Positions 55,002-64,000 of a stretch of DNA of 64,000 nucleotides are shown here, in pieces (position 1 is the first letter of the stretch; the number at the start of each line of letters is the position of its first letter). Made by a program: the position numbers and the translations under genes. The stretch covers positions 298,714-362,713 of the forward strand of contig CAVZGT010000005.1 of assembly GCA_963774855.1 (NCBI GenBank). The letters are read 5' to 3'. The notes beneath the pieces were generated by a model. That model ran no database searches. It was not told the DNA's origin and saw only the letters and a program-made list of their open reading frames with translations. Source of the stretch: an uncultured Acidobacteriota bacterium. Lineage in GTDB: Bacteria; Acidobacteriota; Vicinamibacteria; Vicinamibacterales; 2-12-FULL-66-21.

Positions 55002-56705
55002 CTACTTGGGCGGCAACACCGGCACCAGCGACGGGAACACATACGCGAACAGCATCGCGACGATCCCGACGACACACGCGAGGAAGATGCTGTGCGTGAG
55101 GGTGAACCGAAACAGCTTGCCTTCATCCTCGGAGGTCAGCCCCGTCGCCGCGACCGCCACGGCGATGCTCGGCAGCGCGATCATCTTGCCCATGACGCCG
55201 GCCGCGGAGTTCACCGACGCGGTGAGGACCGGATTGAGCCCGAGCTGGTTCGCCGTGATCACCTGCAGATTGCCGAACAAGGCGTTGGCCGACGTGTCGC
55301 TCCCGGTCAGGAACACACCGAGCCATCCCAGGATGGCGCTGAAGAACGGAAAGATGGTGCCGGTCGCCGCCAGCGCGATGCCCAGCGTCGACGTCATGCC
55401 CGAGTAGTTCATCAGGTACGCCAGCGCCAGCATCGACGCAATCGTCAGCATCGGCTTGGCGAGCTGGCCAAACGTCGCCTTGTAGACGCCGGCGAAGCGG
55501 CGCGGGCTCACGCGGAGACAGATCGCCGAGGCGATGGCAGCCAGAAAGCAGGCGGTTCCGGCGCTGCTCAACCAGTTGAGTGTGTAGACCGCGGGATAGG
55601 GCGCGGGCGCCAGCGTGACCGGGGGCACGCGCGTGACGAGGTTGTGCAGGCCCGGCACGGTCAACCCGTTCAGGACCGTCGAGCTCCTTGGAAGAGACGA
55701 CGGCAGCAGCCCGTTCGTGAACGTGTCGATCGCTCTCTTGACGGTGACCTCGCCCCAGGTGAGAACGAAGATCACGAGCAGCATGTACGGCAGCCACGCC
55801 AGGACGACCTGCCCTGTTGAATGGCGATGGGCCGCCACGATCGCGGGTGTGTCCCCTTCCAGCCGGAAGATGGTCCGCGGCTTCCAGAACTTCAACACCA
55901 GCACCATGGCGCCGATGCACGTGAGCGAGCTCAGGATGTCGGTCAGCTCGGGCCCCATGTAATTGGACACGTAGAACTGGACCGACGCGAACGACACGCC
56001 GCAGACGACCACGGCGGGCCAGACTTCAACGGTCTTCCGCCACCCCGCCATCACCAGCACCAGATACATCGGGATGATGATCGAGATCATCGCGCACAGG
56101 CGCCCGACCATGGCGCTCAACGGCATCACCGGCAGACCCGTAATGCCCGCCAGCGTCGTCACCGGAATGCCAATGGAGCCGAACGCGACCGGCGCGGTGT
56201 TGGCCATCAGGCAGATGCCGGCCGCATAGAACGGAGAAAAACCGAGGCCTGCCAGCATCGCGCCGGAGACGGCGACCGGCGCGCCGAAACCGGCGGCGCC
56301 TTCGATGAAGGCGCCGAACGAGAACGCGATGAACAGCGCCTGCAGCCGGCGATCGTTGGTCAAGCCGCCGACCGAGTCTTTGATGATTTCGAACTTGCCG
56401 GTCTCGACCACCAGGCGGTAGAGCATGATGGACGAGAACACAATCCAGGAGATGGGAAACAGGCCGTATGCCGCGCCGGTGAGGGCGGACATCATCGCCA
56501 GCTGCAGCGGCATGCCATACGCGGCCAGCGCCAGGACGAACGCGACGGCGAGCGCCGTCAGCGCCGCCATCCACGCGGGTTTGCGCCGCACCCCCAACAT
56601 CACGAACAGGACGGCGATCGGAATCGAGGCGACCAGCGCCGACAGGGCCAGGCTGGCGCCGACCGGTTCGTAGTTCTGCTGCCACATCGCGGGAGATGAT
56701 GTCAC
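55002..56705 (-). CDS. lctP: L-lactate permease (LctP/LldP family)
   Basis: 567 aa. MWQQNYEPVG.., GAFIEGAAGFGAPVAVSGAMLAGLGFSPFYAAGICLMANTAPVAFGSIGIPV, FLTGSDTSANALFGNLQ and GKMIALPSIAVAVAATG align by eye with E. coli LldP. The true start may be the second ATG (56687). Confidence 0.9.
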   Translation of the reverse strand: MTSSPAMWQQNYEPVGASLALSALVASIPIAVLFVMLGVRRKPAWMAALTALAVAFVLALAAYGMPLQLAMMSALTGAAYGLFPISWIVFSSIMLYRLVVETGKFEIIKDSVGGLTNDRRLQALFIAFSFGAFIEGAAGFGAPVAVSGAMLAGLGFSPFYAAGICLMANTAPVAFGSIGIPVTTLAGITGLPVMPLSAMVGRLCAMISIIIPMYLVLVMAGWRKTVEVWPAVVVCGVSFASVQFYVSNYMGPELTDILSSLTCIGAMVLVLKFWKPRTIFRLEGDTPAIVAAHRHSTGQVVLAWLPYMLLVIFVLTWGEVTVKRAIDTFTNGLLPSSLPRSSTVLNGLTVPGLHNLVTRVPPVTLAPAPYPAVYTLNWLSSAGTACFLAAIASAICLRVSPRRFAGVYKATFGQLAKPMLTIASMLALAYLMNYSGMTSTLGIALAATGTIFPFFSAILGWLGVFLTGSDTSANALFGNLQVITANQLGLNPVLTASVNSAAGVMGKMIALPSIAVAVAATGLTSEDEGKLFRFTLTHSIFLACVVGIVAMLFAYVFPSLVPVLPPK

Positions 56706-56772
56706 CTTTTCGCGTTGCGGTCTTCCCGTGAGTACGTCGCGCAGGCCTTCAGAGCTTGTGAAGAAAACGTGT

Positions 56773-56851
56773 CAACTCCCAAAAGGCCCAACTCCCAACT
56801 CCCAAACTGAGTCTCTTCGAAGAGATTTCTTTGGGAGTTGGAGTTGTTGAG
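56773..56851. repeat. CAACTCCCAA-type hairpin element, copy 2
   Basis: CAACTCCCAAAAGGCCCAACTCCCAACTCCCAAA, a loop containing the perfect palindrome TCTCTTCGAAGAGA, then TTTGGGAGTTGGAGTTGTTGAG. Confidence 0.8.
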
Positions 56852-56946
56852 GCGGTTTTCCACTCTCGGTGCCCGCGCGCCAGAAATGCAGGCCTCCAAG
56901 GCCGCGGCGCGCGCGTCAACGCAGTGAGCGACGGGGAGCGACGGGT

Positions 56947-57552
56947 TTAGTGGCTCAGCCCGTTGAATCCGTCGCACGACACGTCGGGATTCCAGTTCGT
57001 GAACGTGCCGGCGGGGTTGTCCTTCCATGCCCAGACGTGCAGCGTGTAGAACGCCGGGAGCCCGAAGCGATTGGGCGCCTCGAAGTAGTGAAAGAGCTGT
57101 CCGTTGAGCTCGGGCGCGCTCGTGTGGGTCTGGTCCCAGTCGGCCGCCAGAACCAGATAGTCCGCGCCGGTGATCCGCAGGCGCCCGTTCGATGCCGGCT
57201 CGTACAGGATGATCTCCGGTTTCGCGGCCTCGATCTTGCCGTCGGCGACAGCGCCAAGTTCACGAAGTGGAGTCCCATCGCCCCGTAGTCCCCGCCGCTG
57301 ACGCAGCCAAAGAGGAGACCATAGCCCGCATTCTGGGCGGCCGACACATTCCGGTATCGCTCGGTTGCGTCGCGGACGATCTGGACCAGCACGTTCTCCT
57401 GCTTCCTTTGCTCCGTGGTCTGTGGCTGTGTGCGACGCCGTCATGTGTCTGTCGTGATCCTGCGCGAGCGTGGCTGAGGGCGAAAAGCCCGCGAGAACGA
57501 GAGCACCGGCCAGGGAACACCCGAATTGCGCCGCGAATCGTCGTGCTTTCAT
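56947..57552 (-). pseudogene. secreted protein of unknown function, two frame breaks (~57420, ~57250)
   Basis: ATG 57552 behind AGGAGG gives MKARRFAAQFGCSLAGALVLAGFSPSATLAQ. The sensible path then runs ..EQRKQENVLVQIVRDATERYRNVSAAQNAGYGLLFGCVSGGDYGAMGLHFVNLAL (ORF 56955..57392 frame). It then returns to ..ADGKIEAAKPEIILYEPASNGRLRITGADYLVLAADWDQTH..FYTLHVWAWKDNPAGTFTNWNPDVSC. Confidence 0.55.
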
Positions 57553-57825
57553 AGAGCCTCCTGACATGAATGAATGAAGGGCGCCGCCCGGTCCGGCTGC
57601 AGCCGGACGCCACCGGAAATGCGTCTTCGGCCCGTCATGATCAGAAGCCGCAACGACCGCGAAAAAGGCTCAAACCGTACCTTCGGCTCATGCCCACGCC
57701 CGGCTTTTCGAGAAATGGGCATCCCGGCCCGGAGCCGAGTTAGAATCCCCGTGAGCCCGAAACCCCCGCGCGACAGCGAAGCCGAGCCGTCCCGAGGGCC
57801 GGCTCAGGATCTTCCGTGACGACTT

Positions 57826-58332
57826 ATGGAAGACATGTTTCCCCTGGTGTACGACGAGCTGCGGCGCATCGCTGCCCGCGCGATGCGCGGTGAGCGCTCC
57901 GATCACACGCTCTGCACGACGGCACTGGTCCACGAGGCGTGGCTCGAGCTGTCCAAGCTCACCCGCATCCAATGGCAGAACCGGTCGCACTTCCTGGCGA
58001 TCGCGGCACAGGCGATGCGCCGGGTCCTCATCGACTACGCGGTCGCGCGCCGCAGGCTGAAGCGCGGCGGCGGTCAGACGGTGCAGTCCCTGGACGATGA
58101 CGCCGACGCGGTCGCCGTCGCCGTGGACCAGGCAGACGACATGCTCGCGCTCGACGAAGCCTTGCAGCGGCTCACGGCGATGAACGCGCGCCTCGCGCGG
58201 ATCGTCGAGTGCCGCTTCTTCGGCGGCATGAGCGTCGAGGAGACGGCCGAGGCGCTGGACATCTCTCCGGCAACGGTGAAGCGGGATTGGACCCTCGCCC
58301 GCGCCTGGTTGAATCGGGAGCTTCAAGCGTGA
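57826..58332 (+). CDS. ECF-family sigma factor of the kinase-associated type
   Basis: 168 aa. FPLVYDELRRIAARAM, TALVHEAWLEL, RSHFLAIAAQAMRRVLIDYA, RIVECRFFGGMSVEETAEALDISPATVKRDWTLARAWL. No anti-sigma gene is adjacent. A Ser/Thr kinase gene follows 84 nt downstream. Confidence 0.85.
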   Translation: MEDMFPLVYDELRRIAARAMRGERSDHTLCTTALVHEAWLELSKLTRIQWQNRSHFLAIAAQAMRRVLIDYAVARRRLKRGGGQTVQSLDDDADAVAVAVDQADDMLALDEALQRLTAMNARLARIVECRFFGGMSVEETAEALDISPATVKRDWTLARAWLNRELQA

Positions 58333-58416
58333 CCGATCACGCCAGCGTCGCGTCGCCAGGAGAGCGCACGCCAGCTCCAGCCAGGAGATGGCGCACGGCG
58401 GCTCCGGCCGCCGGCG

Positions 58417-61400
58417 ATGTCGACCGAGCGCTGGGAGCGTGTGCAGCGGATCTTCGCCGCCGCGATCGAGTGCGACCCTGGAACGCTGAACGCCGTGCTC
58501 GATCGGGAGTGCGGCGGGGACCCCGATGTGCGCGGCCAGGTCGAATCGCTCCTCGATGCGCACAACAGCGCCGGGAAGGTGGACCGGCTTTTCGCCGACC
58601 TCGCCCCGATGATCTCGGAGGCGCGCGCATCGATGCTCGGGTGGGAAGGACAATCCGTCGGCCGGTACCGCGTGCTCGAAGCCCTCGGCTCCGGCGCGAT
58701 GGGGGTCGTCCACAAAGCGCTCGACGAGCGGCTCGGCCGCCACGTCGCCCTGAAGTTCCTGCCTCGCCACCTCGGCGTGCGGCCGGAGGCCAAACGCCGC
58801 TTTCTTCAGGAGGCCCGCGCGGCCGCGGCGCTGGATCATCCCAACGTCTGCACGATTCACGAGATCGGCGAGACACCCGAGGGGCAGCTGTTCATCGCGA
58901 TGCCGCTCTACAACGGCGAGACGCTGCAGACGCGCCTCGTGCGCGGCGCGCTGCCGTGCGAGGACGCTCTCGCGGTTGCCCTCCAGATCGCAGGCGGACT
59001 GCAACAGGCGCACGAGCACGGCGTCGTCCATCGGGACGTGAAGCCGTCGAACGTCATGCTGCTCTCCGACGGCACGGCGAAAGTTCTCGACTTCGGCGTG
59101 GCCAAGGTCGAAGACGCCGCCATCACCGAGGGGGACATCGTGCTCGGCACGCTTGCCTACATGAGCCCCGAGCAGGCGCTCGGCCGCCAGGTCGACCACA
59201 GGGCCGACGTCTGGTCGTTGGGCGTCGTGCTCTACGAGATGCTGACCGGCACCCGGCCATTTCATGGGAACGGCCGTCAGGCTCTCGTCGACGCCATCCT
59301 GTCCCGCGATCCCGAACCGATCACTGCCTGGCGACCCGATCTTCCCGCGGCCATCGACGACGTCGTGCGCAGAGCGATGGCGAAACGTCCGGACGACCGC
59401 TACGCGTCGATGTCGTCGATGGTGGCGGATCTCGCCGCGGTCGCCGATCCGTCGAAGTCTGCCGTCCGTCCGGCCGGATCCTGGACGTCGAGACGGTCAC
59501 CGCGCGCCGATGAGGCCGCCGCGATCGCCGCCGGCGCGGAGCGCCGATGGGCGGCCGTGGTCGTGTCAACCGTGTTCGACTACAGCGCCCTCGTCGAGCG
59601 GCTCTCTCCTGGAGAGCTCGAGACGCTGCTCGGCGACGTTCGGAAGGCGGCAGCGGAAGTCGTTCAGCGGCATGGGGGCATCGTCAATCAGGCGATCGGG
59701 GACGAGATCGTGTCGTTGTTCGGCGTCCCCATCGCCCACGAGGACGACGATCTCCGCGCCGTGCGCGCGGCGATCGAGCTGTGCCAGCGGGCCCGTGACG
59801 TGGGCGCGTCGGCCGGGCCCGCGCCCGGAACGCCGGTCCGGCTGCAGTGTGGCGTCCACGTCGGCCTCCTGGTCGCCCGGCAATTGACCGACGGTGCCGG
59901 GCGGTATGCCCTGAGCGGGGCGCCGGCACAGGTGGCAGCGCGGCTGGCCTCGCTCGCCGGCGCCGATCAGGTGCTCGTCAGCCCGGAGTGTCACCGGCTC
60001 GTTGCCCCGTTCGTCGACTCACAACCATGTGCTCCGCTGAGCATCCAGGCCAATGGCGGGACGGTGTCACCGTTCCGGGTACTCGGCGAATCAGGACTGC
60101 AGACACGGCTGGAAGCGGCGGAGCGCGCGGACCTGACGCCGTACACCGGCCGCGACGCCGAACTGGCGACGCTGGAGGGGCAGGTTCTGCAGGCGCGCGG
60201 TGGACAAGGACGCGTCACGACCGTGGTCGGCGAAGCGGGCGCCGGCAAGAGCCGGCTGCTCTTCGAACTCCGTGCGCGAGCGGGCCAGACCGGGGCAAAG
60301 ATCCTCCAGGGCCGCTGCCGCCCGCCCGGCAGAATGGCGCCGTACGTCCCCTTTGTCGAAATCCTCTACGACGCGCTGTCGCTTCGGGGGCGGGCGCCGC
60401 AGGAATACCGCGCCGACGACGTCGTCGCCCGGGCGCGCGCCGTTGATGCCGCCCTCGAGCCGTTCCTGCCTCTTTACTTGCACCTCCTGTCGATGCCAAG
60501 CGAGGCCTTCCCGCTTCCAAGCCATCTGCAGGGTGAGCACCTCAGGGTGGCGCTGTCGGAGGGGCTGACCGCGATCGTCGTGGCGCTGGCCCGTCGGGCC
60601 ACGACGCTCGTGCTGCTCGAAGATTGGCACTGGGCGGACGAGGCGTCGCGCGACGCGCTGCGCAGGCTTCTGGAGATCGTCGACGCGCATACCTTGATGA
60701 TCGTGGTGACGAGCCGGCCCGAGCCCGGTGCGCTCGCCGGGTGTGGAGAAGATGCCGCCCGCATTCAGCTCGCGCCGCTCGCGGGCGATGCCTCGGCCGC
60801 GATCATGCGGGCCGTGCTGTGCGTCGATCGGGTGTCGGACGCGCTGGCCGCGCGGCTGCACGAGCGGACGGGTGGCAACCCGTTCTTCCTCGAGCAGGTG
60901 TGCCGCACGCTGCTCGAGGAAGATGCGGTGACGACGCACGGTGGCGAAGCGGTGGCGGCCAGCGGCCTCGAAGTGCTGCGGCTGCCCGATACGGTGCAGG
61001 CCGTCATTCGCGCCCGGCTCGATCGCCTCGATCGGGATTCACGGGATGTGCTCCGTGTCGCCTCCGTGATCGGGCGTGAGTTCGGGCGGATCCTGCTCGG
61101 CGAAGTGCTGGGACCGGACGCCGACCCGGCGGCCACGCTCGACCGGCTCAAAGGCTCGGGACTGATCCAGCAGACCGCCGTCCTGCCCGAGCCCACCTAT
61201 CGCTTCAGGCATGTGCTGACGCAGGAGGTCGCCTACGACAGCCTGGTCGAACGGCAGCGCCGCTCGCTTCACGAGGTGGTGGGACGGACCATCGAGCGGT
61301 GTCACGCGAATCGCGGGTCCGGCCTCGCGCCCCTGCTCGCCCATCACTTTTCACACGCCGAGGCATGGCCCGAGGCGATCCACTACGGCAGCCGGGCGGC

Positions 61401-63147
61401 CGAGCTCGCGGCTTCGCTGACCCAGTTCGCCGATGCGCTGACGACGCTGGAGCGCGTCCGGGGCTGGATCGCGCACCTGCCCGATGGCGACGGCCGCACG
61501 GACGTGCTCGTGGATCTGCTGCTCCAGCAGGAGCGGCTCTGCGAGACGCTCGGCCTGCGCAGCCGTCAGCAGCAGATTGTCGAAGAGCTCATCGCCCTCC
61601 TGGCGCCCAGGGGCCCGTCTGCCAGACTGGCCCAGGCGTACCTGCGACAGGGAGACGTGGCCACGCTCCTCAAACGTTTCGATGCGGCGGAACGCACGCT
61701 GAGCACGGCGCTCCGGCTCAGCCGCGAGCTCGGAGAGGCTGCGCTCGAGAGCAATACGCTCCGCAGCATCGGCCTGCTGCACTGGCATCAAGGGCGGCAT
61801 GCGGATGCGCTCGCGAACGCCAGGAGCGCGCTCGCCATTGCGCGCGAGTCCGGCGACGACCTGATGGTCGCGGGCGATCTGGTCAACATCGGGATGATTC
61901 TGAAGAGCATGGGAGACTACCGGGACGCGCTGACCAGCCTCGAGGAAGCGCTGGCGATGCCGGCCCTCGGCCGGAACCCATCGAAGCTCCTGTACGCGCT
62001 GCACACCCTGGCCAACGTGCATCGCTCCCTCGGGGATCTCGACCACGCCCTCGTCTGCCTGCATCGATGCGACGAGATCGCACTGGCCAACCTCCTGCCC
62101 ATTCCACAGTCCTTTCACCTCACGTCGATCGCGCACATCTATCTCGAACAAGGACGCATCGACGACGCGCTCGGGACGTACCGACAGGGCGGTCGAGTTG
62201 AGCCAGCGCGCTCGCCACGCGGATGGATACGCCCAGTCACTGCGAGCCCTCGGAGACGTGCTCTTCGGCCTCGGCAGGGACACGGAAGCCTTGCCGTACG
62301 TCCGGCAGGCCGCGCAGCTCTTTGCGCAGCTGGAAGATCACGAGGCCGAGGCCGAGATGACGGGCCGCGCCGCGGCCATCCTCGAACGCCTGGCGTCCCC
62401 GGCCGAGGCGGCGGAAGCATGGCAGACAGTCGCAGTCTCTTCGCCGCGCGCTGGGAGACGGCAAGGGCGAGCTCGATGCGCTCGAGGGATTGGCACGGAC
62501 GGCGCGGGAGCGTGCGGCCTCGCCCGGCGACGCGATTCCCGCGTTTCAAGCCGCGCTGGCGCTCGCGGACGCGCTCGGCGACGGCGCCCGCGAGGTCGCG
62601 CTCCACAACACGCTCGGGATTCTCGAATGGCAAAGCGAGAGGTATCCCGAGGCGCTCCGGCACTACGAGGCCGCCCTGGCGCTGGTGCGCGACCAGGGCG
62701 ACCGCTCGCACGAGGGCCTGCTGCTGAACAGCCTCGGGGTGACGCTGAGCCGGCTCCACCGCTACGAAGAGGCGCGCACGGCTCTCGAAGAGAGCGTCGC
62801 GCTCAACCGTCAGCGCGGCGAACGGCTGCTCGAGGCGCACGCGCTCGCCGCGCCTCGGGGACATGTGGCGTGCCCGGGGCCTGCCCCGGACTGCCCTCAC
62901 ATGCTTCGAGCAGTCGCTCTCCGTCCGGAGCATGCTCGGCGATCGCAAGGGCGAGGGATGGATGCTGCTGCGCATCGCGGAGACGCTCGCGGCAACAGGC
63001 GACGAATCAAAGGCCAGGGAGACGGCAGCCGAGGCGATGGCGATCGCCGAGGTGTGCGGTGATAAACGGCTGGCCGACGCGTGCACGCAGATCCCGCACG
63101 CCGGCGCAGCCGAAGTCCGAAAGGAGTCGGAGTGCCACGATACCTGA
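58417..63147 (+). pseudogene. Ser/Thr protein kinase - class III cyclase homology domain - STAND/AAA ATPase - TPR protein (~1575 aa), three frame breaks (~62188, ~62433, ~62853)
   Basis: Kinase: GSGAMGVVHKA, HVALKFL, HRDVKPSNVML, DFGVAK, LAYMSPE. Cyclase-like: VVVSTVFDYSAL..IGDEIVSLFG. P-loop GEAGAGKSRL, Walker B LVLLEDWHWAD. TPR-like repeats run to the end. Joins: ..ALGTYRQ | AVELSQRARHADGYAQSLRALGDV..AWQTV | SLRRALGDGKGELDALEGLARTARE..EAHALAA | LGDMWRARGLPRTALTCFEQSL..KESECHDT. Confidence 0.85.
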
Positions 63148-63398
63148 TCGAACGGTCCGTGCCGGGGCTGTCGCCGGACATACTGAAGGCCGCGGGGCAG
63201 CGATCGATGGCGGCGCTCGCGACCATGCCCGACGTGCGCTGGATCCGCAGCTACGTGTCCGACGCCGAGGGCAAGATCTATTGCGAGTACGACGCGCCGA
63301 GCATCGAGGCGGTGCACGAGCATGCCCGGCGCGCCGGCCTGCCTGTCGACCGGATTACCGAGGTCAATCTGGAAATCAGTCCGGCGATGTTCGTGTAG
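63132..63398 (+). CDS. DUF4242-like small protein
   Basis: GTG 63132 behind AAGGAG gives (M)PRYLIERSVPGLSPDILKAAGQRSMAALATMPDVRWIRSYVSDAEGKIYCEYDAPSIEAVHEHARRAGLPVDRITEV. It overlaps the kinase 3' end by 16 nt. Confidence 0.65.
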   Translation: MPRYLIERSVPGLSPDILKAAGQRSMAALATMPDVRWIRSYVSDAEGKIYCEYDAPSIEAVHEHARRAGLPVDRITEVNLEISPAMFV

Positions 63399-63400
63399 AC

Positions 63401-63461
63401 CCGTGCGGGCGGACCTGCACGGACTAGCGCTGAACGCAGCACTGATCCGTAGTGCAGTGCT
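63401..63461. terminator. two hairpins between convergent genes
   Basis: CCGTGC-10 nt-GCACGG (63401-63422) and AGCACTG-10 nt-CAGTGCT (63438-63461). No strong T-tract. Confidence 0.3.
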
Positions 63462-63491
63462 CGCGCCCTAGCTCAGCCCGGCGCGACATGC

Positions 63492-64000
63492 CTAGCCCCA
63501 TCTCGGCGTCTCGTCCGGGCTGATCCCGAGCAGCGTCTTCGCCATGATCTCGTGCGTCAGCATCGAGTTCGCCGGGTGAATCCGGCCGAGCCGGGCGTCG
63601 CGGAACAGCTGTTCCAGGGGGCTGCGCCGGAAGATGCCGAATCCGCCCGCCACGTCGAGGGCCTGATCGACGATTCGCCAGGCGTCCTCCACCGCATGGT
63701 ACTTGGCCGCGAAGATCTTCGCCGGCCACGCGCCCCCGTGGTTCACGCCGGAAGACCAGTCGCCGGCGATCTTTTCGAGGTGCGGTTCGATCCCCTCGAG
63801 CGCCAGGCCCATGTCGGCGACCCGATGCTGCACTTCCGCGTGGTAGGCCATCGAGCGCGACAGCCCGATCGACTTCTTGCTCTTCACGGTCTCGACGGTG
63901 AGATCGAGCGCCTTGCGCGCGAGCGCGTAATAAATGTTGCCGAACCCGAGCAGCGCCCACGCGAAGACGCCGAGGATGAACGCGTCGATTCCGGCCGCTC
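63492..64000 (-). CDS. acyl-CoA dehydrogenase family protein, C-terminal part (5' end beyond window)
   Basis: The frame is open from 64000: ..IDAFILGVFAWALLGFGNIYYALARKALDLTVETVKSKKSIGLSRSMAYHAEVQHRVADM..LDVAGGFGIFRRSPLEQLFRDARLGRIHPANSMLTHEIMAKTLLGI. This is the typical ACAD C-terminal helical domain. Confidence 0.8.
   Translation of the reverse strand, partial: AAGIDAFILGVFAWALLGFGNIYYALARKALDLTVETVKSKKSIGLSRSMAYHAEVQHRVADMGLALEGIEPHLEKIAGDWSSGVNHGGAWPAKIFAAKYHAVEDAWRIVDQALDVAGGFGIFRRSPLEQLFRDARLGRIHPANSMLTHEIMAKTLLGISPDETPRWG

Noticed and set aside
57574-57825. ORF 57574..57819 in the same frame as the ECF sigma gene, separated by a single TGA. It was considered as an N-terminal extension through read-through, selenocysteine or a point mutation.
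   Set aside because: The upstream translation (..SPKPPRDSEAEPSRGPAQDLP) shows none of the conserved N-terminal sigma motifs of this family. No SECIS-like hairpin is evident. It is most simply non-coding leader.
57688-59265. 525-aa minus-strand ORF
   Set aside because: It is antisense to both the sigma factor and the kinase N-terminus, which carry unambiguous motifs. It has shadow composition.
63424-63960. 178-aa minus ORF 63424..63960
   Set aside because: It is out of frame with the clearly recognisable acyl-CoA dehydrogenase C-terminal domain (63492 to the window end). Its translation is Arg-rich.
1-64000. A search for prophage, integrative element, toxin-antitoxin, restriction-modification or other defence-island signatures, and for rRNA, tRNA or tmRNA genes
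   Set aside because: I recognised no integrase, transposase, recombinase, capsid or terminase, nuclease-methylase pair, or structured RNA gene on either strand. GC content is uniform except in short intergenic repeat elements. The window reads as core or accessory chromosome rather than a mobile island. A homology search could still reveal remote hits that I cannot see by eye.

Overview
High-GC (roughly two-thirds G+C) chromosomal window. It most likely comes from an Acidobacteriota-type genome. This is an inference from six ADOP-style orphan MacB/FtsX permeases, PadR partners, and CarboxypepD_reg and FG-GAP giant proteins. I support about 50 protein genes and found no rRNA, tRNA, CRISPR array, transposase, integrase or phage genes.

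Main modules, left to right:
- Two PadR plus ADOP-permease pairs and four further orphan ADOP permeases.
- A minus-strand operon (17315 down to 9673): ECF sigma, a long zf-HC2/FecR anti-sigma, then ATPase / ABC-2 permease / ATPase / ABC-2 permease. The last permease carries an inserted discoidin (F5/8 type C) domain.
- An isoprenoid-carrier-flavoured block (23.6-30.5 kb): UppS, a small EamA/ArnE-like protein and a Kdo/WaaP-like kinase, then YjbQ, a metallophosphoesterase and a DDxxD protein. A ToxR/CadC-like membrane regulator sits upstream. The two operons have paralogous leaders with GTGAG repeats phased at 11 bp.
- Secreted or hydrolytic genes: CE15 glucuronoyl esterase, esterase, a beta-lactamase-fold hydrolase and a beta-helix protein.
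- An MtrA/PioA-like decaheme cytochrome, an MtrB/PioB-like barrel and a dihaem cytochrome c4. This looks like a porin-cytochrome electron conduit.
- An L-lactate permease.
- An ECF sigma next to a ~1575-aa Ser/Thr kinase-cyclase-STAND-TPR protein.

Intergenic spacers hold several unusual simple-repeat or hairpin element families: 10-bp phased GGTTCC arrays, CAACTCCCAA hairpins, heptad TTCC arrays and a nested AT-rich hairpin.

Major caveat: about 18 single-base frame breaks, mostly at short homopolymers, split a dozen otherwise intact genes. I label these genes pseudogene, but assembly indel error is the more likely cause. All product calls rest on motif recognition by eye, since no searches could be run.
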